Positions 55,887 to 64,000 of a stretch of DNA of 64,000 bases are shown here, piece after piece (within the stretch, counting starts at the first letter, position 1; each line of letters begins with the position of its first letter). The stretch comes from Eledone cirrhosa. Lineage: Eukaryota. The notes beneath the pieces are model-generated. The model was not told the DNA's origin. It did no database searches and worked only from the letters and a program-made list of their open reading frames with translations. A program made the translations under genes and the position numbers. The stretch spans positions 24,552,001 to 24,616,000 of the forward strand of contig OZ024744.1 of NCBI GenBank assembly GCA_964016885.1, written 5' to 3'.

Positions 55887-56813
55887 CACGATCTATACGT
55901 GGATATTTTACGTCTTGATGTGGGAGCTAAGTATATGTTTTGTTTATTCCTTTACTTATTTGCATAGGTAAGTATATATTACCCATATGTTTTGTGAAGG
56001 TATGTATACCTTCTCGTACGTATATTTGACTGTTATGGCGTATCATTTTTACATATTCTGGTATTTAGGGTTGGCTATGTGTATACGGGAGTTTTGCGTC
56101 CGAGTGAGTATGCAGGTTCGTACGTATGGTGGGTGTGTGTATATGTGTACTTCTTGTTTTAGTTGACTTACGTCTCCGAACATTCGTGTATTTATATGTA
56201 GGTATGTGTGTGCGCTTGTTATATACGTATTTATTTACTTATATACGTTTATATAATTATTTATTTATTTGTACACAAGCATACACACACACACATATTT
56301 ATATGTGCGTGGTTTTGTATACCTATAGTAAGGTTTTGCGTATGCTTGTGTATGTACGTATCTGTTTGCGTGTATGTATTTATTTGTTTCTATTACTTCT
56401 GTGTTGTATTTATTCACTTTGTTCTTAACTCTGTAGCGGAGATTAATTTGGTCTCCTAGTTAGAATTTTAGTCTACGACTTCTGCTATACCATTTACGTG
56501 GTTTTGTCTTTGCGTGCTTTTGTTCTCCACGCTCCACATATGACTTATTATCTTCGTTTTTTCGTTTATTGCCAGAGAACGTCTATATGCACCACCTAAG
56601 AGAACATTAGTCTACGACCTCTTTTGTACCATAAACGTGGTTTTGTCTTTGCGCGTAATTGTTTTTCACCGCTCCTATTAATGACGTATTATTCGTTTTT
56701 TCCCGTTCTTTGCCAGCGAACGTTACCACGAACCAAAGTATCGTCTTCCTGTCTTTCTCCGGCTGCAACGTTTTTTGAAATATCCAGTTCTGCGTTTACA
56801 GATTGACTTTGTT

Positions 56814-56864
56814 AGTTTCAGAAGATCCCGTTAAGGGTGAAAGCAGCGATTATTTGCTTAAACT
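56814..56864 (+). ncRNA. Hammerhead-like CAGAAGA motif in the 3' pLTR
   Basis: Same motif as 53550-53600. Degenerate copies at 58491-58538, ~35494-35545 and (minus) ~35070-35120. Confidence 0.55.
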
Positions 56865-56885
56865 TTAATCTGTTATTTTAATAAA

Positions 56886-56928
<43 letters not shown>

Positions 56929-57171
56929 TACACACACAGAAATGTATATATATTTTTGTGTGTATATATATATATTACACACACAGAAATGTATATATAT
57001 GTCTGTGTGCATATATATTACACACGCAGAAATGTATATATATTTCTTAGAACAAAATTATTATTAATGTTTTGCTCTTCATAACAAATGGAATTGAAAA
57101 ATTACTTTTGAAATTATTAGTTATTTTACTAATGCTTAGATATGTAAAAATGAAGCAATGTTTCTAATAAT

Positions 57172-57357
57172 TGTTTCTACTTTTGGCACAAGGCCAGCAA
57201 TTACCCAGTGCAGTACTGGTACTTCATTTATCGACCCCGTGAGGATGAAAGGCAAAGTTAACCTCGGCAGTATTTGAACTCAGACCGTAAAGGGACGTAA
57301 CTCCAAGCTATGAAGCATGGTGTCCGACTCTCTACAGATTCTGCCAATCCACCGCCC
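57172..57357 (-). mobile_element. tRNA-derived SINE (same family as 41277-41462)
   Basis: Reverse complement starts gggcggtggattggcagaatc, has the gagttcaaat B-box and ends gtagaaaca. Confidence 0.88.
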
Positions 57358-58556
57358 TAATGTATGTACGTAATGAGGGAGTGAGAGGGGAGAGAAAGAA
57401 AGGCAGAGGTGAAGTGACGAAATGACTGTCTCCTCCTCCTCCTCCATCTCCCCATTCGTCACAGCGATAGAGGGGAGGAATGTTAATGTGTTACAAAGAG
57501 AAAGAGTGAGAGTGAGAGAAACAGACAGACTAAAAGAGAGGGATAGCTGGAGAGAGAGAGATACCAACCACGCGCGCACATGTTTCCATTGTCGGAGAGA
57601 CAGACAGAGAAATTGCTGGTTATATATTATAAGGAGACTAGCAGAAAACCACCCGTGGGCGGTTTTCTGCTAGTATATATATATATTACACACACAGAAA
57701 TGTATATATATTTCTGTGTGTATATATATATTTCTGGGTGTGTATATATATATATATTACACACACACAGAAATGTATATATGTTTCTGTAGCACTCCTC
57801 AATTTCCCCCCTCTCTCCCTCCCGCTATCCCCCTCTTGTAGTCTGTCTCTTTCTTTCACACTCACTCTCTCTCTACGCGTGCGCAAAAAACATTCGCACG
57901 CGCGCACGTGTTTTAGCGTCTATTCACTCTCTCTCTCTCCCTCTCTCCCTCCCGCTATCCCCCTCTCGTAGTCTATCTCTTTCTTTCACTCTCACTCTCT
58001 CTCTCTACGCGTGCGCAAAAAACATTCGCACGCGCGCACGTGTTTCCACTGTCGGACATACAGACAGAGAAATTGCTGGTTATATATTATGAGGAGATAT
58101 ATATAAAACTGTTGTTGTCTGTGTGTGTGTGTCCTCATTTTTGCAAAGTCTATACAAATCCACATTTCTACTCCGATTGACTTCAAACTTGCATTTATAT
58201 ATTCCCTGCGGTCTAAAGATATCAACTGCAGCTTTTATTTTTCAATTTTCTGTTGTTAAAGGGGTGTTAGGCGCCGGTTATCCATCTACGTCACGCCCTT
58301 ATAATATCTGTCTGAATGCCTGGCTGTCTGCATTACGACATTCTGACGAACATTGATGACGTATTATGTTCGCTATTATCCGTTCATTGCCAGGGAACGT
58401 CTTCACGAACCAAAGTATCGTCTTCCTGTGTTCCTTCGGTTGCAACGTTTTTCGAAATATTTACTTCTGCGTTCACAGATTGATGTTTTTAGTTTCAGAA
58501 GATCCCGTTAGTGAAAGCAACGATTCTTTGCTTAAACTTTAATCTGTAATTTTAAT

Positions 58557-58588
58557 CTATATATGTCTATATATAAAACTGAGGAAGG

Positions 58589-58675
<87 letters not shown>

Positions 58676-58695
58676 AGTGTGGGGGGGGGGGGGGG

Positions 58696-58782
<87 letters not shown>

Positions 58783-59226
58783 AGGAGAAGTACCCAACCG
58801 ACTTTGTCAAACGTTACATGTGTTTTACTTAAGTTTCAGGGAGTGTTATGCACTTAAAGAAAATTGAACTTCTTGATCCCCTAGGGCCCGCATTAGGTGA
58901 AAAACTGCGTTTTTTAAGCTTTTTAGTGATTTTTTGAGGCGTTACGTCAGACCGATTTTTCTTGAAATTGTAACTATGTATTAGTCAGTCTCTTTTTCAT
59001 AACGTGAGCAAAGTAAATCCAACTTTGTTATGGCCTAGGGCCCGCAATAGGTGAAAAACTTCATTTTTTCAACTTTTTAGGGCTCTTTTGAGGCGTTACG
59101 TCTAGCCGATTTTCCCGAAATTTCAAGGCACATTATCCACATAAAAAAAATTCATTTTCTTGATCCCCTGTTGGCGGCTCGCGTTCCAAAATACTTATCC
59201 AGTACAACGCCGGGTACCACTGCTAG
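58557..59226 (+). mobile_element. Non-autonomous Helitron-like element with (TG)n and ~155-bp internal repeats, following a Naiad pLTR fragment (58340-58555)
   Basis: 5' TCtatata..tataaaa; 3' gtacaacgccgggtaccactgCTAG resembles the 51531 terminus. ctagggcccgca.taggtgaaaaact occurs at 58881 and 59035. Confidence 0.7.
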
Positions 59227-59667
59227 TTTATATATATAAACCAATATAAAGTTGGAAAAGAATATCTTTTAAATCATATTGAATTACTTACACGTTTCAA
59301 TTATATGAAAATGTTATGAAACATTTCGTATAATCAATGTCTATTTCTCCCCCCCTCTCTCTCACTCTCCCTCTCTCTCACTCTCTTTCTCCCCTCCCCC
59401 TCTCTCTCGCTAAATATATATATATATTTGTAATATTTTTACATAGATCTATATGATATACATACCGACACACATATACACCCAGAAACGATCGTGTGAT
59501 GAATTTTTTAATATGAAGAACTTGTTCTTTGTTCTTATTTCATTGTTTTATTAATTTATCTTGACTCTGTTTTCCTATAATTTTTATCGAACATTTTTGA
59601 ATGCATCTTCTTCTCTTTTCATGATATTTGGATTACATTGAGTTATTCATACGGATTAGACACTACC

Positions 59668-59786
<119 letters not shown>

Positions 59787-59809
59787 TATTTATATATATA
59801 TATATATAT

Positions 59810-60627
59810 GAATTTTAAACGTGTCTAGGTACCAAGGCTTTTTGCCCATATGAGTCTGTGAGTATTGATTTATTATCTTCAAGATCGTACAGGCAGACCT
59901 TATGTTGTTGAATTTAGATTTTTCACTCTAGCGATCTTATTAGTCAATTGCAACTAAAACATGTAAATGTTCATCAAATATTAATTTATACTGCTCAGAA
60001 GCGATTCCTAGAGCTGAAATGATTGTAAATGACCCCTTTGAGTCTAAACTCTAAGCTATTTATCACTGCTCCCCCAGGTGAGCTGAATTTTGTAATCCCA
60101 TATAAACGGCTGTTATTTCTAGCACTATGTGTGGGACGTTAGAGGACTGGAATAAGCCGTGTGCAAAACCTCGTGTATTTTCGCTACGCTAACCAGACCT
60201 TAGATATTTTTCTGAGGTAGAGTTATTTTATTTTTATCTGGGTACCTATTGATAAACACAGAAAAAGTTGATTAACTCACTGCTAATCAGTTAATTATTT
60301 TACTATTATACCATCCTTTGTGAAACATGTTTGAAGTTTGAAGTTCTGACCGATCTGCGGAAAAAGTTTGTATTTTGAATTTTAAACGTGTCTAGGTACC
60401 AAGGCTTTTTGCCCATATGAGTCTGTGAGTATTGATTTATTATCTTCAAGATCGTACAGGCAGACCTTATGTTGTTGAATTTAGATTTTTCACTCTAGCG
60501 ATCTTATTAGTCAATTGCAACTAAAACATGTAAATGTTCATCAAATATTAATTTATACTGCTCAGAAGCGATTCCTAGAGCTGAAATGATTGTAAATGAC
60601 CCCTTTGAGTCTAAACTCTAAGCTATT

Positions 60628-60630
<3 letters not shown>
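59810..60630. repeat. Partial tandem repeat, period 567 bp (254-bp direct repeat), bounded by (TA)n
   Basis: 59810-60063 is repeated at 60377-60630. Confidence 0.9.
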
Positions 60631-60658
<28 letters not shown>

Positions 60659-60754
60659 TTTGAGTTTATGTTGGTTGTATACCAACACCTCAGTATGCAG
60701 GCTGGAGCACTCGACGAAGTGCGCAGGTTGGTTTGGTTACTCCGGAGTAGTGTA

Positions 60755-61114
<360 letters not shown>

Positions 61115-61117
61115 ATA

Positions 61118-62178
61118 TTGTTATATTTGGGGAGGGTCATATTTGTGTAATATTGCCAGAATTAATAACAGAACACACTCACTGTTTGGTTGGTTTTCGC
61201 TTCTCGCTTCTGTGTCTTTTATATCGGTAATCTAACTTACTCGGTCCTCAATGTTGCCATTGACTGACCGACGGTCAAAAATAATACAGATACAATATAG
61301 ACACAAACACATATATATAGTTTATCATAAATCTTTCGTTGCACATCTGCGACATCATCAGTGGTGCTATCTTTTCCTCCTGTTGTATTGTATGTCTACG
61401 CCATTTTTATTCAGTCTGTCTATATATTTATTTATTTATTTGCTTGTTTGTTTATTTTATTTTGTCTTCTTTGCGCATGCGTTTGCGTGTGTGTATAGTG
61501 TTTTGTTTGCTGTGTGATGGGTGACTAGTGTGTGTTTATGTGCTTGTTGTTATTGTGCTTGTGTATGTATTTATTTATTTATTTATTTATTTATTTTATT
61601 TTATTTACTTATTTATACTTCTCTTAGGTCAGTGTTGTTTGTTTGGGTGTTGTTGTTATTCCATTCATTCTTGCTGTTTAGTCTTGGTCTTCTAATTTCT
61701 ATTTCACTGGCCTCTCTGATTTGCCTATCTGCTGGGTCATTTCTATGTTTAGATGTTATTCTAATTTCTATGTTGTCTATGTTACCGTCGTGTTGTTGTC
61801 TAGCATGTTCGTATAGTACTGACCCGTTTTTTCGTCCTTTTAGTTCCCCCCCCCCCCCCAGTGTAGGTTTATCCTGTCACCTATGCTACGAGCTGTCTCA
61901 CCACTTAAAAATTAAGGTGGTAGAAAAGCCAGGAACCACCATAAAATCCCTGATCAGCAAAACCTACCCTTTTAAGAAAACCCACTGTAACAATAGGAAA
62001 TGTATCATATGTAAGGTAAACCCCCGGATAAACTGTAAAACTAGAAACGTAGTCTATAGAATAAGATGTACAGAGGGTACTTGCAGAAACATGACAGCAA
62101 CATACATAGGTGAGAGAGCTCGTAGCATAGGTGAAAGGATTAACCAACACTGGGGGCAACTAAAAGGACGAAAAAATG
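61118..62178 (+). mobile_element. Second copy of the 659-4121 PLE family: inverted pLTR/3' end (61118-~61898) plus direct GIY-YIG fragment, cut off by a GGT tract
   Basis: 61118-61898 matches 698-1500. 61900-62178 matches 3100-3378 (NVVYRIRC..YIGERARSIGERINQH). Confidence 0.88.
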
Positions 62179-64000
62179 GTGGTGCTGGTGGTTGTGGTGC
62201 TGGTGGTTGTGGTGGTGGTTGTGGTGATGGTGTTGGTGGTGGTGGTGGTGGTTTTGTGATGGTGTTGGTTGTGGTGGTGGTGGTTTTGGTGATGGTGGTT
62301 GTGGTGGTGGTGGTGTTGGTGGTGGTGTTGGTGGTGGTGGTGATGGTGGTTGTGGTGGTTGTGGTGATGGTGGTTGTGGTGGTGGTTGTGGTGATGGTGG
62401 TGGTGGTGGTTGTGGTGAAGGTGTTGGTGGTGGTGGTGGTGGTGGTTGTGGTGATGGTGTTTCTGGTGGTGGTGGTGGTGGTTGTGTTATGGTGGTGGTG
62501 GTGATGGTGGTGTTGTTGATGGTGTGTGGTTGTGGTGGCGGTGGTTGTGGTAGTGGTGGTGGTTGTGGTAGTGGTGGTGTTGATGGTGATAGTAGTTGTG
62601 GTGGTGGTGGTTGTGGTAGTGATGGTGTTGATGTTGATAGTGGTTGTGGTGATGGTGGTAGTGGTGGTGATGTTGGTGGTGGTGGTTGTGGTGATGGCGG
62701 TTGTGGTGATGGTGGTTGTGGTGATGGTGGTATTGGTGGTAATGGTGATGGTGGTGGTTGTGGTGATGGTGGTATGGTGATGGTGGTGGTGGTGGTGGTA
62801 TTGGTGGTGGAGATTGTGGTGATGTTGGTTGTGGTGGTGGTGGTTGTGGTGATGGTGGTTGTGGTGATGGTGGTTGTGGTGATGATGGTTGTGCTGATGG
62901 TGGTAATGGTGATGGTGGTGGTTGTGGTGATGGTGGTTGTGGTGATGGTGGTGGTGGTGGTGGTGGTGGTGGTGTTGGTGGTGGTGGTGGTGGTGTTGGT
63001 GTTGGTGGTGGTGGTGGTTGTGGTGATGGTGGTGGTGGTGGTGGTGGTGTTGGTGGTGGTGTTGGTGGTGGTGGTGATGGTGGTTGTGATGGTTGTGGTG
63101 ATGGTGGTTGTGGTGGTGGTTGTGGTGATGGTGGTGGAGGTGGTTGTGGTGAAGGTGGTGGTGGTGGTGGTGGTGGTGGTGGTGGTGGTGGTGGTGGTGG
63201 TTGTGGTGATGGTGTTTCTGGTGGTAGTGGTGGTGGTGGTTGTGTTTTGGTGGTGGTGTTGATGGTGGTGTTGTTGATGGTGGTGGTTGTGGTGGCGGTG
63301 GTTGTGGTAGTGGTGGTGGTTGTGGTAGTGGTGGTGTTGATGGTGATAGTGGTTGTGGTGGTGGTGGTTGTGGTGGTTGTGGTGATGGTGGTTGTGGTGA
63401 TGGTGGTGGTGGTGGTGGTGGTGGTGGTGGTGGTGGTGGTGGTTTTGGTGGTTTTGGTGGTGGTGGTGGTGGTGGTGGTGGTGGTGGTGGTGGTGGTGGT
63501 GGTGGTGGTGGTGGTGGTGGTGTTGGTGGTGGTGGTGGTTCGGGTGATGTTGGTTGTGGTGGTGGTGGTGTTGGTGGTGGTGGTGATGGTGGTGGTGGTA
63601 GCTGTGGTGATGGTGGTTGTAGTAATGGTGTATGAGGTGATTGTGGTGGTGGTTGTTGTGGTGATGCTGGTTGTGGTATTGGTGTTGTGGTGCTTGTGGT
63701 GATGGTGGTTGTGTTGGTGGTTGTGTTGGTGGTTGTGGTGATGGTGATTGTGGTGGTGGTGGTGGTTGTGATGGTGGTGGTGGTGGTGGTGGTTGTGGTG
63801 GTTGTGGTGGTGCTGGTTGTGGTGGTGGTGGTTGTGGTGATGTTGGTTGTGGTGGTGGTGGTGGTGATGGTGATTTTGGTGATGGTGGTTGTGGTGATGG
63901 TGGTGATGGTGGTGGTGGTGGTTTTGGTGATGGTGGGTGTTCTGATGGTGGTTGTGGTTATGGTGGTTGTGGTCGTGGTGGTTGTGGTCGTGATGGTTGT
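62178..64000. repeat. Imperfect (GGT/GTT/GAT)n trinucleotide low-complexity tract running off the window
   Basis: Seen directly; produces poly-V and poly-G pseudo-ORFs. Confidence 0.95.

Larger units (their letters stand above)
53251..56886 (+). mobile_element. Near-intact Naiad-type PLE (family 2) with direct pseudo-LTRs, inserted in (TA)n
   Basis: 53251-~53626 is repeated at ~56517-56886; a single long RT plus GIY-YIG coding region lies between. Confidence 0.92.

Noticed and set aside
61521-63702. Long poly-Val/poly-Gly ORFs resembling structural or membrane proteins
   Set aside because: They are chimeras of antisense pLTR, a GIY-YIG fragment and the stop-free GGT tract.

Overview
This is AT-rich eukaryotic DNA made almost entirely of transposable elements and microsatellites. 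The SINE types and repeat landscape suggest an invertebrate, probably a cephalopod such as octopus (inference). No host protein-coding gene can be supported, and most short ORFs in the track are microsatellite translations. The window contains: (i) Penelope-like retroelements (PLEs; RT plus GIY-YIG) of two kinds, a family with an inverted pseudo-LTR (659-4121, 61118-62178) and Naiad-type elements (5015-8520, 33235-35655, near-intact 53251-56886); (ii) R4/Dong-type restriction-like-endonuclease LINEs sitting in (TACA)n tracts; (iii) RTE/BovB-type LINEs with C-terminal C2H2 fingers and short bipartite non-autonomous derivatives; (iv) tRNA-derived SINEs; (v) Helitron pieces. The most notable signal is a dense set of hammerhead ribozyme (HHR) motifs read by eye. 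A ~467-bp non-coding tandem array carries one canonical minimal HHR per unit, and its inversion breakpoint lies 3 nt from the predicted cleavage site (retrozyme-like). There is also a long-stem-II HHR family, a CAGAAGA core variant conserved in Naiad pLTRs, and a 230-bp perfect palindrome with two back-to-back HHRs. Element boundaries are approximate. All RNA structures are manual predictions.
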